Assembly (NCBI GenBank): GCA_964426435.1 | Contig: CAYRQY010000001.1 | Location: 1 to 51,460 of the forward strand | DNA: 51,460 nt | Direction of reading: 5' to 3' | Source: an uncultured Rikenellaceae bacterium | GTDB lineage: Bacteria; Bacteroidota; Bacteroidia; Bacteroidales; VadinHA17 | In this document: positions 35,368-44,810 of the stretch, one piece after another | Position numbering within the stretch: position 1 is the first letter of the stretch | How the letters are laid out: each line of letters starts with the position of its first letter | Notes under the pieces: generated by a model | The model's input: the letters and a program-made list of their open reading frames with translations, nothing else | What the model was told of the DNA's origin: nothing | Databases searched by the model: none | Program-made: the position numbers and the translations under genes

Positions 35368-36783
35368 ATGAGCCTGGTTGCTGAAGAATTGCTTTACAAG
35401 GTAAAAGATCTTTCACTGTCAGATTTTGGCAGGAAGGAGATAGAGATTGCTGAAAAGGAGATGCCTGGATTACTGTCGCTCAGAAGAAAGTATTCCGGTG
35501 AGAAACCGCTCCGGGGAGCCAGGATAACCGGGTCGCTTCACATGACCATCCAGACGGCGGTTCTGATCGAAACACTCAGGGAGCTTGGCGCCGATGTCAG
35601 ATGGGCCAGCTGTAACATATTCTCCACCCAGGATCATGCAGCAGCAGCTATTGCTGCCGCCGGCATTCCGGTTTTTGCATGGAAGGAGGAGACCCTCGGG
35701 GAGTACTGGTGGTGCACTGCCATGGCTTTATCCTTTCCCGGCGGTGAGGGACCAAACCTCATTGTCGACGATGGAGGCGATGCATCGCTCCTCATTCACC
35801 TGGGATACAGGGCTGAAAAGGACCCCTCGATCCTCGATAAGAGACCCTCGAACAGGGAGGAGGGAGTTATACTATCGTTACTGAAGAATCTCCGGGAGAA
35901 GGAGCCGGGGAAGTGGCACAGGGCAGTAAGCGGACTGAAGGGAATATCTGAAGAGACCACAACAGGTGTGCACAGGCTGTACCAGATGATGGAGAGAGGG
36001 GAGCTCCTGGTGCCGGCAATCAATGTGAACGATTCGGTGACAAAATCAAAATTTGATAATCTCTACGGATGCCGCGAATCGTTGGCCGACGGCATAAAGA
36101 GGGCCACTGATGTAATGATAGCCGGCAAGGTGGTGGTGGTTTGCGGATACGGCGACGTCGGAAAGGGAAGTGCAAGATCGATGAGGGCATACGGAGCCCG
36201 CGTGATCGTTACGGAGATAGATCCTATCTGCGCCTTGCAGGCCGCGATGGAGGGCTTTGAGGTCAAGCCGGTGGAGGAGGCTCTCGGGGAGGGTAATATT
36301 TTTGTTACCGCTACCGGAAACAGGGATGTGATCACTACAGGTCACATGCAGAAAATGAAGGATCAGGCTATCGTTTGCAACATAGGCCATTTCGACAACG
36401 AAATTCAGGTCGACCTGCTTAATGCATTGCAGGGCGTCCAGAAAATTAACATCAAGCCGCAGGTGGACAAATATATCTTTCCCGACGGCCACGCCATATT
36501 TATTCTCGCCGAGGGAAGACTGGTCAATCTGGGTTGCGCAACAGGGCATCCTTCATTCGTGATGAGCAATTCATTTACCAACCAGGTGCTTGCCCAGATC
36601 GATCTGTGGAAAAACGATTATGAAATAAATGTTTACAGGCTGCCCAAGCACCTCGACGAGGAAGTGGCGCGGCTTCACCTCGAAAAACTCGGCGTCAGGC
36701 TGACAGGACTGACCGATGAGCAGGCTGATTACATAGGTGTTCCGAAGGGAGGACCATACAAACCGGAACACTACAGGTACTGA
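35368..36783 (+). CDS. ahcY: Adenosylhomocysteinase
   Basis: 471-aa ORF with [16 protein letters not shown], the NAD-binding [22 protein letters not shown], and the C-terminal YRY. Confidence 0.95.
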   Translation: MSLVAEELLYKVKDLSLSDFGRKEIEIAEKEMPGLLSLRRKYSGEKPLRGARITGSLHMTIQTAVLIETLRELGADVRWASCNIFSTQDHAAAAIAAAGIPVFAWKEETLGEYWWCTAMALSFPGGEGPNLIVDDGGDASLLIHLGYRAEKDPSILDKRPSNREEGVILSLLKNLREKEPGKWHRAVSGLKGISEETTTGVHRLYQMMERGELLVPAINVNDSVTKSKFDNLYGCRESLADGIKRATDVMIAGKVVVVCGYGDVGKGSARSMRAYGARVIVTEIDPICALQAAMEGFEVKPVEEALGEGNIFVTATGNRDVITTGHMQKMKDQAIVCNIGHFDNEIQVDLLNALQGVQKINIKPQVDKYIFPDGHAIFILAEGRLVNLGCATGHPSFVMSNSFTNQVLAQIDLWKNDYEINVYRLPKHLDEEVARLHLEKLGVRLTGLTDEQADYIGVPKGGPYKPEHYRY

Positions 36784-36786
36784 CCT

Positions 36787-37260
36787 TTACTTGTTCCACA
36801 CCCTTATCCAGGTACCGTCGAACGATGTCCTGTAGTTTTTCAGCGGATATCTGCCCGGCCCCGAGGAGGGGGTGCCATAGACCGATAATCCGTATTCTGT
36901 TCCGCACTCCGGGCACACTGCTCTGATAAAATCAATATTGACCTTAATGCTCTTGCCATTTACGGCGTAGTCGTGAGGGCAGGTACGGTCGTATGCGTAA
37001 AATTCATCCGCACCACTGTAAATTATAATTCCGTTTTTGTTAAATCCGTCAGCAGGATATCCGATATTATTCGTTTTGCCGTCCACTGCAACAGCTCCGC
37101 CAATTGCAGTAAGGCTTACAAACTGAGGATCGAGGATGCTTATCCTGAAATCAACATATACATCCGGAATAACATCGTTATCCTTCCTGTTACAGGAGAC
37201 GGACAATACGGCAATCAGGAAGATGGTTAATAAAATCCGGGTTTTTGAACAGATGGTCAT
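36787..37260 (-). CDS. Lipoprotein with degenerate Rieske-like Cys/His motif pair (function unknown)
   Basis: 157-aa ORF with the lipobox LSVSC. YAYDRTCPHD ... AVCPECGTEY gives a CxH ... CxxC arrangement rather than the Rieske CxH ... CxxH. Confidence 0.55.
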   Translation of the reverse strand: MTICSKTRILLTIFLIAVLSVSCNRKDNDVIPDVYVDFRISILDPQFVSLTAIGGAVAVDGKTNNIGYPADGFNKNGIIIYSGADEFYAYDRTCPHDYAVNGKSIKVNIDFIRAVCPECGTEYGLSVYGTPSSGPGRYPLKNYRTSFDGTWIRVWNK

Positions 37261-37341
37261 CCCTGAAGGATTTAATAATGATGTATATTACATGCGTTAA
37301 AATTAACGTTATATAATAACCAATATTGTTATTATTCAAAC

Positions 37342-37728
37342 ATGATGAGATATTTAGCCGTCAAAATAATTCTTGCAGTTCTTGTTATGTCTCTCGGCAT
37401 CGTGAACTGTGATGCCCAGGTACTTAAGAAAGCACCCAGAAATCCCGAGAAAGGTTTATTCGGGAAATCGCTTAATAAAAAAAATACCAGGGTGAGAGAA
37501 TCGCCTGCCGTAAGGAAAGCGAAGAAGAAGCAGGCGGATAACCAGAAGAAGCTAAAGAAAGAGTACGCCGAACTTGTAAAGAATAACCGGGAGAGATCAC
37601 TTGAGATACAGTCACCCGAGGTGAGGGAGAGAATGCTGGAGAACAGGAAAGAGGCAGACCTGAGGAGCATTGAGAGGAGAAAGCAAAATAAGGCAAACTC
37701 AAAGGGTGCGGCCAGGAAATACAGGTAA
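37342..37728 (+). CDS. Small secreted, highly basic Lys/Arg/Glu-rich protein (hypothetical)
   Basis: 128-aa ORF with a signal peptide (MMRYLAVKIILAVLVMSLGIVNCDAQ), then a low-complexity charged sequence. An antisense ORF (37332..37670) also exists, but it is a mirror of the low-complexity sequence and lacks any signal. Confidence 0.4.
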   Translation: MMRYLAVKIILAVLVMSLGIVNCDAQVLKKAPRNPEKGLFGKSLNKKNTRVRESPAVRKAKKKQADNQKKLKKEYAELVKNNRERSLEIQSPEVRERMLENRKEADLRSIERRKQNKANSKGAARKYR

Positions 37729-37804
37729 TGCAGCCAAACCTGTCTTATCGTCAGGCAGGCAATGATTTTTCCGCCTTTTAATTTGTTTTTTGTAAAATAA
37801 ATAG

Positions 37805-37812
37805 TATATTTG
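37805..37812 (+). promoter_or_regulatory. Candidate -7 promoter box TATATTTG for greA
   Basis: Exact TAnnTTTG match. It ends 5 nt before the track ATG at 37817, which argues for the ATG at 37877 as the real greA start. Confidence 0.4.
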
Positions 37813-37876
37813 TTACATGAAGAGTTCCGGAAACCCCGGAATTCTTCTTATTTTTTTAAATAAAGCAGACAGACAA

Positions 37877-38350
37877 ATGTCAGATGTTATTTACATAACA
37901 GAAGATGGGTTACAAAAGATTACGGAGGAGCTTAATCATCTCAGGGTGGTTGAAAGACCTGTTATTTCCAGACAGCTTGCTGATGCACGCGACAAGGGAG
38001 ATCTGACTGAAAATGCGGAATACTCAGCCGCGAAGGAAGCCCAGGCTATGCTTGAGATGAAGATCTCCAGGCTTGAGGAAATCATTGCCCGTTCACGGGT
38101 AATAGACGAGTCGAGGGTTGACACGGTTACAGTCAGGCTTCTTAACAGGGTTAAGATCCGTAACAGGAATAATAATGTCGTTATGGAGTATCAGCTTGTT
38201 CCCGAGAGCGAAGCCAACCTGAAGGAAGGAAAGATAGCAATCAACTCACCGATTGCCATGGGGCTTTTAGGAAGGAAAGTGGGAGAAACGGTTAACATAA
38301 AAGTCCCTTCAGGAGTCATACCTTTTGACATTCTCTCAATTTCGATCTGA
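37877..38350 (+). CDS. greA: Transcription elongation factor GreA
   Basis: I prefer the internal start MSDVIYITEDGLQKITEELNHL. The coiled-coil block ARDKGDLTENAEYSAAKEAQ and the C-terminal INSPIAMGLLGRKVGE are both GreA hallmarks. Confidence 0.9.
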   Translation: MSDVIYITEDGLQKITEELNHLRVVERPVISRQLADARDKGDLTENAEYSAAKEAQAMLEMKISRLEEIIARSRVIDESRVDTVTVRLLNRVKIRNRNNNVVMEYQLVPESEANLKEGKIAINSPIAMGLLGRKVGETVNIKVPSGVIPFDILSISI

Positions 38351-38373
38351 AATCAAACTGGAGCAATAGTTAC

Positions 38374-38772
38374 ATGGCGTCAATTTTCACAAGAATCATA
38401 AACGGGGAAATACCATGCTATAAAGTTGCCGAGGACGACAGGTATTTTGCCTTCCTTGATATTAACCCGCTGAGAGCCGGCCACACTCTTGTTGTCACAA
38501 AGCAGGAGACCGATTATGTTTTTGATCTGGATGATGATCTTCTTTCCGGGCTTATTGTGTTCTCAAAGAGAGTCGCGAAAGCACTCGAAATAGTCTTCCC
38601 CTGCAACCGGATAGGAGTTGCGGTGGTAGGGCTGGAGGTGCCTCATGTGCATGTGCATCTCATACCCATGGATGCCATGGAAGACATAAATTTCAAAAAT
38701 CCCAAGCTTAAGTTCCCGCCGGAGGAATTCGCCCTGATAGCAAAAAAGATTAGCGACAAGGTTTATCTCTGA
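38374..38772 (+). CDS. HIT family (histidine triad) nucleotide hydrolase
   Basis: 132-aa ORF with IFTRIINGEIPCYKV and the histidine triad HVHVHLIP. Confidence 0.9.
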   Translation: MASIFTRIINGEIPCYKVAEDDRYFAFLDINPLRAGHTLVVTKQETDYVFDLDDDLLSGLIVFSKRVAKALEIVFPCNRIGVAVVGLEVPHVHVHLIPMDAMEDINFKNPKLKFPPEEFALIAKKISDKVYL

Positions 38773-38781
38773 CAACTTTAA

Positions 38782-38789
38782 TATCTTTG
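38782..38789 (+). promoter_or_regulatory. Candidate -7 promoter box TATCTTTG for comF
   Basis: Exact TAnnTTTG match. It contains the TTG used as the start in the ORF track, so the ATG at 38814 is the likelier start. Confidence 0.4.
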
Positions 38790-38813
38790 CAGTGGTTAAT
38801 CTTCTTTCGCTGC

Positions 38814-39515
38814 ATGACCTTTTTACGTGATCTCTGGGACGACTTCATCTCTCTTCTGTTTCCGCGGCTATGCCAGGCATGCGGATGTCATCTGCTCAGG
38901 AACGAGAAGATTATATGCACGGAGTGTTACGTTCTGATGCCGCGCACCGGCTACCATCTCGAAATAAATAACCCTGTAGCCCGGCTTTTCTGGGGCAGGT
39001 GTCATATTGAGAAGGCTGCGGTTTTCTCATATTATAACCGGGGGAGCAGGATCAGTAAACTGATACATAATCTCAAATACAGGGGAGTAAGGGAGATTGG
39101 TCCTGAGGTGGGAAGGATTTACGGCACCTCCCTTAAGAGGGACGGGTTCACTGAGGGTGTGGATATAATAGTGCCTGTTCCCCTCCATCCTGTCAGGCTC
39201 CGTCAGAGGGGATTCAACCAGAGCGATGCTATTGCTTCGGGGATATCTGAAGCGACGGGAGTACCTGTTATGGGGGACCTGGTTGTGAGGATTGCCGCCA
39301 GCGCCACCCAGACCAAAAGGTCAAGGTATGAGAGATGGACCAATGTCGAGGGGATATTCAGCGTTAGTGATCCGGAGAAACTTAAAGGAAAACACGTTCT
39401 GCTGGTTGATGATGTTATTACCACCGGGTCGACCATTGAATCATGCGCCGGGGAACTGCTGAAAATTGAAAATGTCAGGGTCAGCGTTGCAGCCCTTGCC
39501 TGTGCGGTGTTTTAA
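38814..39515 (+). CDS. comF: ComF family protein (phosphoribosyltransferase domain)
   Basis: N-terminal zinc-finger Cys pairs (CQACG ... CTEC) and the C-terminal PRTase motif VLLVDDVITTGSTI. Confidence 0.8.
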   Translation: MTFLRDLWDDFISLLFPRLCQACGCHLLRNEKIICTECYVLMPRTGYHLEINNPVARLFWGRCHIEKAAVFSYYNRGSRISKLIHNLKYRGVREIGPEVGRIYGTSLKRDGFTEGVDIIVPVPLHPVRLRQRGFNQSDAIASGISEATGVPVMGDLVVRIAASATQTKRSRYERWTNVEGIFSVSDPEKLKGKHVLLVDDVITTGSTIESCAGELLKIENVRVSVAALACAVF

Positions 39516-40174
39516 CTCCCGGCCTGTTTAACCCTTTTCGGATTCTTGCCTATAAAATCCTTCCAGGTATTGTAAGGCTTCGGGTTCTTCAGAGTACCTG
39601 TCTGATAAAAATGACAGAGTGCGGCCGCGAGTCCGTCAGTAGCATCGAGCTTCATCTCTTTGGTGCTGAATTTCAGTATGTGCATAAGCATACCTGCCAC
39701 CTGCTCCTTCGATGCCGAGCCACGGCCTGTAATCGACATCTTGATCTTGCGGGGAGCATATTCGAAAATCGGAACCGACCGGCTAAGGGCTGCTGAGATG
39801 GCAGCTCCCTGTGCCCTGCCAAGCTTGAGCATCGACTGCACATTCTTTCCGTAAAAGGGGGCTTCGATGGCAAGCTCATCAGGGTGGTATTCATCGATTA
39901 TACCTGAGGTCCTCTCGAAAATATGCTTCAGCTTAAGATAATGATCTCCGAAGCGGCTGAGGTCTATTGCACCGATGGTAACTAATTCGGGACCTGAAGC
40001 TGTTGCCCTTATCACACCATAACCGGTAATGGTCGTTCCCGGGTCTATCCCCAGGATAATTCGTTCGGAGGTACTCTTCTTCAACTTGCGGACTGTATGA
40101 AATTTATGGATTCTCCCTGATAAACAAATTGCCGGTCCACAGGGGTCTTTCGGACAAGCCCCGGTAGCGAACAA
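39512..40174 (-). CDS. ruvC: Crossover junction endodeoxyribonuclease RuvC
   Basis: Carries ILGIDPGTTITGYGVI, ELAIEAPFYGKNVQS and DATDGLAAALCH (the RuvC catalytic acidic residues). The ATG at 40174 gives a 30-aa extension that overlaps the upstream gene. An in-frame TTG at 40084 would give a typical 190-aa RuvC. Confidence 0.9.
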   Translation of the reverse strand: MFATGACPKDPCGPAICLSGRIHKFHTVRKLKKSTSERIILGIDPGTTITGYGVIRATASGPELVTIGAIDLSRFGDHYLKLKHIFERTSGIIDEYHPDELAIEAPFYGKNVQSMLKLGRAQGAAISAALSRSVPIFEYAPRKIKMSITGRGSASKEQVAGMLMHILKFSTKEMKLDATDGLAAALCHFYQTGTLKNPKPYNTWKDFIGKNPKRVKQAGS

Positions 40175-41414
40175 AGTCGCTGAAACGTTTTCCCGGCAAT
40201 GATCCGGTCTGAAGGTAGCCGATTGCCTCCTTAAGGCACAATTCGTTCCTGTCGCCGAAGTCGCGGGTTATGTCGTCAGTTACGATTATATCTGGAAGAA
40301 TTCCGTCAAAATAGTCACCATTGTTGTTTGCGTTCACAATCTTGAAGGTAACAGGCCAGAACCAGTATTTCTTTCCTGCCTGCCAGCCGTTCATGCCTGT
40401 TGGTTTGCCTGTGGTCGTATCGCCTATGCAGACAACATCCATAAAGGGTATAAGACCGTTAATGACAGCCTCGCTGGCTGATGCGGTCTCCCTCGAGGTA
40501 ATAACGGCAAGCCTCTGAAGATTGAGGGGAAGGGCTGTTGACCTGAATGTATAATTTACATTCACTGCCTGCTTTTTATTGTTGTATGTCAGCCTGGCAA
40601 AGGTCGATTGTGATGAGGCCGGGCCATTGCCTGCGATATAGCTTGCCAGGGTTCTGGCGATATCGAGGTAGCCGCCCGAGTTGTACCTCAGGTCAAGAAT
40701 CAGGTCCTTCACATTCTGTGTCTTGAAAAAGGAAAAAGCCGCCTGCAGTTCGCTGGCCGAAGGCTCAATAAAGGACTCAAAGACCAGGTGACCGGTTATT
40801 CCTGAGGAGAGATGAAGGGTATCATAGTGAAGTACCGAGTTTATTGTAAAGGAGGATTTGGTTGATGGTATGGTTGCCTCAAAGCCATCCGGCTTTGTAA
40901 AGACAAAAATATTGGTGACTCCCTGCGTGGATGGTCCGAGAATATTTCTGTAGGCTGCAGCATCCCCCGAGATTATTACCTGGGCTATGTCGGCATTGTT
41001 TATTGATTTGACAATCCAGCCTCTCCTGACACCTGCAAGGTAGAGATCAGAGCCTGAATATATCATCGATATCCTGGCTCTCCGGTCCCCGTCTATACCG
41101 ATCCTGATTCCGTGTCCGACAAATGTTCCCTGCATCTGCGAATTGAACTCATCATAGTCGGCCACGAAGCTCCACCGGTCAAGAGGATTATATTTCATTG
41201 CGTTCATCAGCAGGTAAGGATCCGGATAATCCTCCCTGCGAACGGAAGGCATCTGATCATACCAGTAATACCAGTCGTTCATTACAAAATAAAGGGTGTC
41301 TCTCGCCTGTTCGGGAGTTATCTCGTTCCTGCCATACGGATCATCTTTTCTGCAAGATGTGAATATTATAAGAAGGAATAGAGTTGTCAGTATCAGTCTG
41401 GTAGTAATTTTCAT
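40104..41414 (-). CDS. S41 family (tail-specific/C-terminal processing-like) peptidase, lipoprotein
   Basis: 436-aa ORF with the lipobox IIFTSC, LILDLRYNSGGYLDIA, the catalytic-Ser region TSRETASASEAVINGL and IGDTTTGKPTG. Confidence 0.8.
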   Translation of the reverse strand: MKITTRLILTTLFLLIIFTSCRKDDPYGRNEITPEQARDTLYFVMNDWYYWYDQMPSVRREDYPDPYLLMNAMKYNPLDRWSFVADYDEFNSQMQGTFVGHGIRIGIDGDRRARISMIYSGSDLYLAGVRRGWIVKSINNADIAQVIISGDAAAYRNILGPSTQGVTNIFVFTKPDGFEATIPSTKSSFTINSVLHYDTLHLSSGITGHLVFESFIEPSASELQAAFSFFKTQNVKDLILDLRYNSGGYLDIARTLASYIAGNGPASSQSTFARLTYNNKKQAVNVNYTFRSTALPLNLQRLAVITSRETASASEAVINGLIPFMDVVCIGDTTTGKPTGMNGWQAGKKYWFWPVTFKIVNANNNGDYFDGILPDIIVTDDITRDFGDRNELCLKEAIGYLQTGSLPGKRFSDFVRYRGLSERPLWTGNLFIRENP

Positions 41415-41448
41415 ACACTTTAAATCTTATTAAGACACTCAAAAGCAA

Positions 41449-42339
41449 TCACATAACTTTCTTTCTTTTTAGTGTCTGTATCAGTATCCCGGATATTATC
41501 AGCAATAATCCTGCCGGAGTTGTATAATAAACGGGTTCATGTATGATAAAGTGTACAAAGACCAGTGAAAGGAAAGGGGCAAGATAAACAAGGTTGCTTA
41601 CCCTGTCGGTGGTCGTGGCAAGCTGCAGCGCCTTCAGCCAGAAGAAGAATGTTACTCCCATCTCAAAGAAACCGATATAGAGGGACAAAAGGGTTCCCTT
41701 CAAACCCGGGAACGACAGAGGAGTGCCGGTTACTATAATAATAATTATAAGGTAAGCCGATCCGAACAGGAAGTTCATAAAGAGCTTTACAGCTTCATCC
41801 CTTGTATCGCGCATGTTCAGTATAAAGTAGAGTGCCCAGAAGAAAGAGCTTCCCGTAGCCAGGAGAATACCCCTTATGTCTGATTCACCCGGATTCAGCA
41901 GTCTCCCCTGCGAAGAGATAACATAAACCCCCGCGAAGCTGATAAAGAGAGCGACAAAGCTCCTTATCCCGATCTTCTGACCAAGTATCGGAACAGACAG
42001 GAATACAAGAATTATCGGCCAGATCATGTTGAGCGGTTGTGCCACCTGTGCCGGGAGGAGCTGGTATGCCCTCAGCAACAGGAGATAATAGCAGACGGGA
42101 TTGAGAAGGCCGAGCATTGCTGAGTTGAGTACCTCTCCGGGCTTTGATCTCAGAACAAGACCGAGCTTTTTCTGCAGGAGCAGTATTATCAGGAGTGCGA
42201 CTGCAGAAACGACCGATGCAAATGTAAGCATCGTGATTACAGTCATCTCGCCAAGGCCCAGCTTGAATACTGTAGGGATTGTGGACCAGAAAAAAATTGC
42301 CAGTGCGGCATAAATATAGGATTGTCGGGTCCGTGTCAT
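41449..42339 (-). CDS. DMT superfamily (EamA-like) transporter
   Basis: 296-aa ORF with 10 predicted TM helices in two EamA-like halves. Confidence 0.8.
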   Translation of the reverse strand: MTRTRQSYIYAALAIFFWSTIPTVFKLGLGEMTVITMLTFASVVSAVALLIILLLQKKLGLVLRSKPGEVLNSAMLGLLNPVCYYLLLLRAYQLLPAQVAQPLNMIWPIILVFLSVPILGQKIGIRSFVALFISFAGVYVISSQGRLLNPGESDIRGILLATGSSFFWALYFILNMRDTRDEAVKLFMNFLFGSAYLIIIIIVTGTPLSFPGLKGTLLSLYIGFFEMGVTFFFWLKALQLATTTDRVSNLVYLAPFLSLVFVHFIIHEPVYYTTPAGLLLIISGILIQTLKRKKVM

Positions 42340-42428
42340 CTGTAATTTACCTTGGTGGTTGAGTTTCCTGAAGCAACCTTGTCAGCCGCCTGTTCCGGGA
42401 GGGATTCAGGAAGCCGGCTTAAAACAGT

Positions 42429-43703
42429 TCAGCCTATGATCTTGAAACCGGTATACGGCACCAGCACTTCAGGGATGTTGATACCCCCGGGTGTCTGGTT
42501 GTTTTCGAGCAGGGCGGCGACTATCCTGGGCAGCGCCAGGGCACTTCCGTTAAGGGTATGAACAAGCCGGGTCTGTTTTTCACCCTTCTCCCTGAAGCGG
42601 CACTTCAGCCTGTTAGCCTGGAAAGACTCGAAGTTGGAAACGGAGCTTACCTCCAGCCACTTTTTCTGGGCTGCCGACCATACTTCAAAATCGTAGGTAA
42701 GGGCAGATGTGAAAGACATATCACTTCCGCAAAGCCTCATTATGCGGTAGGGTAATCCGAGTGATGCCACCAGGCCCTCCACATGACCGACCATCTCGTC
42801 GAGCGACCGGTATGAATGATCGGGGTGGGCTATCTGCACTATCTCAACCTTGTCGAACTGATGCAGCCGGTTAAGGCCTCTCACATGAGCGCCCCACGAG
42901 CCTGCCTCCCTCCTGAAGCATGAACTGTATGCAACATTCTTAACGGGCAGCTCCTCAGCGTTCAGGATCACATCCCTGTAGATGTTCGTAACCGGAACTT
43001 CAGCGGTCGGGATAAGGTAAAAATTGTCGAGCCCTATATGGTACATCTGTCCCTCCTTGTCCGGAAGCTGGCCTGTGCCGAATCCTGAATCCTCGTTTAC
43101 GACCACGGGGGGCATTATCTCGGTGTAACCTGCCTTAACAGCCTCATCGAGGAAAAAGGAAATAAGGGCTCTTTCAAGCTTCGCGCCCTTGCCCTTATAT
43201 ACAGGGAATCCGGCGCCGGTAAGTTTGATGCCCAGCTCAAAGTCGATTATATCATATTTCTTTACCAGGTCCCAGTGGGGCTGTGCCGGTTCCGGGACCT
43301 CCGTTATCAGACCGCCCTTCCTGACCATGACATTATCTTCAGCACTACGGCCGGGATTAACTGATTCATGCGGGATATTGGGCAGTTTCATTATCTCTTC
43401 CCTGAGTGCATTCTCTGCCTCCGTAAGTTTCTCGGACAGAGTGCGGATCTCCTCCTTCAGTCTGTAGGTTTTTTCCTTCGCCTTATCGGCTTCCATCATC
43501 AGGTTTTGTTTAATAAGGGTCCCTATCTCCCTCGAGATTCTGTTCATCTCATTCTGGAGGTTGTCGGTGCGGGACTGAATTTCCCTTCGTGATGAGTCTA
43601 GCACCAGTATCTTTTCAATGATTTCACCGGCCTGGAAATTCTTCACCCTGAGCCTTTCGGTCACAAGGTCCCTCTTCTCCCGGATCATGTTTATAGTCAG
43701 CAT
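42429..43703 (-). CDS. serS: Serine--tRNA ligase
   Basis: 424-aa ORF with an N-terminal long coiled-coil arm and class-II motifs (FRREAGS, TLNGSALALPR). Confidence 0.95.
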   Translation of the reverse strand: MLTINMIREKRDLVTERLRVKNFQAGEIIEKILVLDSSRREIQSRTDNLQNEMNRISREIGTLIKQNLMMEADKAKEKTYRLKEEIRTLSEKLTEAENALREEIMKLPNIPHESVNPGRSAEDNVMVRKGGLITEVPEPAQPHWDLVKKYDIIDFELGIKLTGAGFPVYKGKGAKLERALISFFLDEAVKAGYTEIMPPVVVNEDSGFGTGQLPDKEGQMYHIGLDNFYLIPTAEVPVTNIYRDVILNAEELPVKNVAYSSCFRREAGSWGAHVRGLNRLHQFDKVEIVQIAHPDHSYRSLDEMVGHVEGLVASLGLPYRIMRLCGSDMSFTSALTYDFEVWSAAQKKWLEVSSVSNFESFQANRLKCRFREKGEKQTRLVHTLNGSALALPRIVAALLENNQTPGGINIPEVLVPYTGFKIIG

Positions 43704-43721
43704 GGCTTCTGTGTCGTTAAT

Positions 43722-43748
43722 AAAAAAAAGCAGGCTGTGATAGCCTGC
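43722..43748 (-). terminator. Rho-independent terminator of rplU-rpmA
   Basis: The minus strand reads GCAGGCT-atcac-AGCCTGC followed by T8. It begins about 70 nt after the rpmA stop. Confidence 0.75.
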
Positions 43749-43817
43749 CGTAAAATTATTAAAATCTCCCGATAATGCCTTTTGGTTCTGAAAAGAATTG
43801 CGGGAGAGTTTATATCT

Positions 43818-44090
43818 TTAATTGACCTGTGGTTCTGCCAATGGTTTGACAGAAACGTATGTCTTGTTGTCTTTCCTTCTGCTGAATTCCACTTCACCAT
43901 CGACGAGCGCAAAAAGGGTATGGTCCCTGCCGATACCGACATTGAGACCCGGATTGTGCTTTGTTCCCCTCTGGCGAACGAGAATATTTCCAGCCTTTAC
44001 CACCTGGCCGCCGAAGAGTTTTACACCCAGCCTCTTACTGTGAGAATCACGTCCGTTGCGCGAACTCCCTGCTCCTTTCTTGTGTGCCAT
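43818..44090 (-). CDS. rpmA: 50S ribosomal protein L27
   Basis: 90-aa ORF starting [24 protein letters not shown], the L27 signature. Confidence 0.95.
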   Translation of the reverse strand: MAHKKGAGSSRNGRDSHSKRLGVKLFGGQVVKAGNILVRQRGTKHNPGLNVGIGRDHTLFALVDGEVEFSRRKDNKTYVSVKPLAEPQVN

Positions 44091-44120
44091 AATTATCTGT
44101 TTTTATATTGTTCTGCCGGA

Positions 44121-44720
44121 TTACTGTTTCTTTTCACCTGCCGGTTTCCTGGCAGATGGTTTCTTCTCTGTGACCTTCTTTTCTTCCGTTTTCTTTACTG
44201 CGGGCTTCTTTTCCGCACTTTTCTTTTCAGTTGTTTTTGTTGCCGGCTTCTCAGCGGCAGCCTCCTTTTTCACACTCTTCCTTGCCGGCTTTTCAGCTGG
44301 CGATGCTGCCGGTTCCGGCTTAACCACTGCGGGAGATTCTGCAGTAACCTCAGTTTCAGCAGGGATGGTCTTAACAGCTTTTGCAGGAGCCGCCTTCTTC
44401 TGCACACCATGCTCGTTAATGCTCACTATCTCGATCCTGGTGAAATTCTGGCGATGGCCGTTCCTGACCCTGTAACCTTTCTTCCTCTTTTTCTTGAAGA
44501 CGATCACCTTGTCTCCCCTTACATGGTCAATCACCCTGCCTTCAATCACAGCGTCCTTTATGACAGGTTCCCCTACAATTACCCTTTCATTATCTTCAAT
44601 CAGGAGCACCCTGTCGAATTCGATAACCTTATCAGTCTCAGCTTCAAGCCGGTGTACAAAAATACTCTTTCCTTCCTCTACCTTGAACTGTTGTCCTGCA
44701 ATTTCAACGATCGCGTACAT
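44121..44720 (-). CDS. rplU: 50S ribosomal protein L21 with ~95-aa Lys/Ala/Glu/Pro-rich C-terminal extension
   Basis: I prefer the start MYAIVEIAGQQFKV (ATG at 44720). The L21 core ends near RKKGYRVRNGHRQNFTRIEI. It is followed by KKAAPAKAVK ... EKKPAVKKTEEKKVTEKKPSARKPAGEKKQ. Confidence 0.9.
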   Translation of the reverse strand: MYAIVEIAGQQFKVEEGKSIFVHRLEAETDKVIEFDRVLLIEDNERVIVGEPVIKDAVIEGRVIDHVRGDKVIVFKKKRKKGYRVRNGHRQNFTRIEIVSINEHGVQKKAAPAKAVKTIPAETEVTAESPAVVKPEPAASPAEKPARKSVKKEAAAEKPATKTTEKKSAEKKPAVKKTEEKKVTEKKPSARKPAGEKKQ

Positions 44721-44810
44721 CGTAATCATTTTTTTATTATTCCGTGAGGCGCATATCCAAAAGAGATACAACTTTGACCTGCCCCGGCGGATTTATTTAA
44801 TTTCGGACTG

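Noticed and set aside
43782-44747. 321-aa plus-strand ORF rich in Phe/Leu/Cys/Ser repeats
   Set aside because: It is exactly antisense to rpmA and rplU, whose products have unmistakable L27 and L21 signatures. Its low-complexity composition mirrors the Lys/Glu-rich L21 tail.
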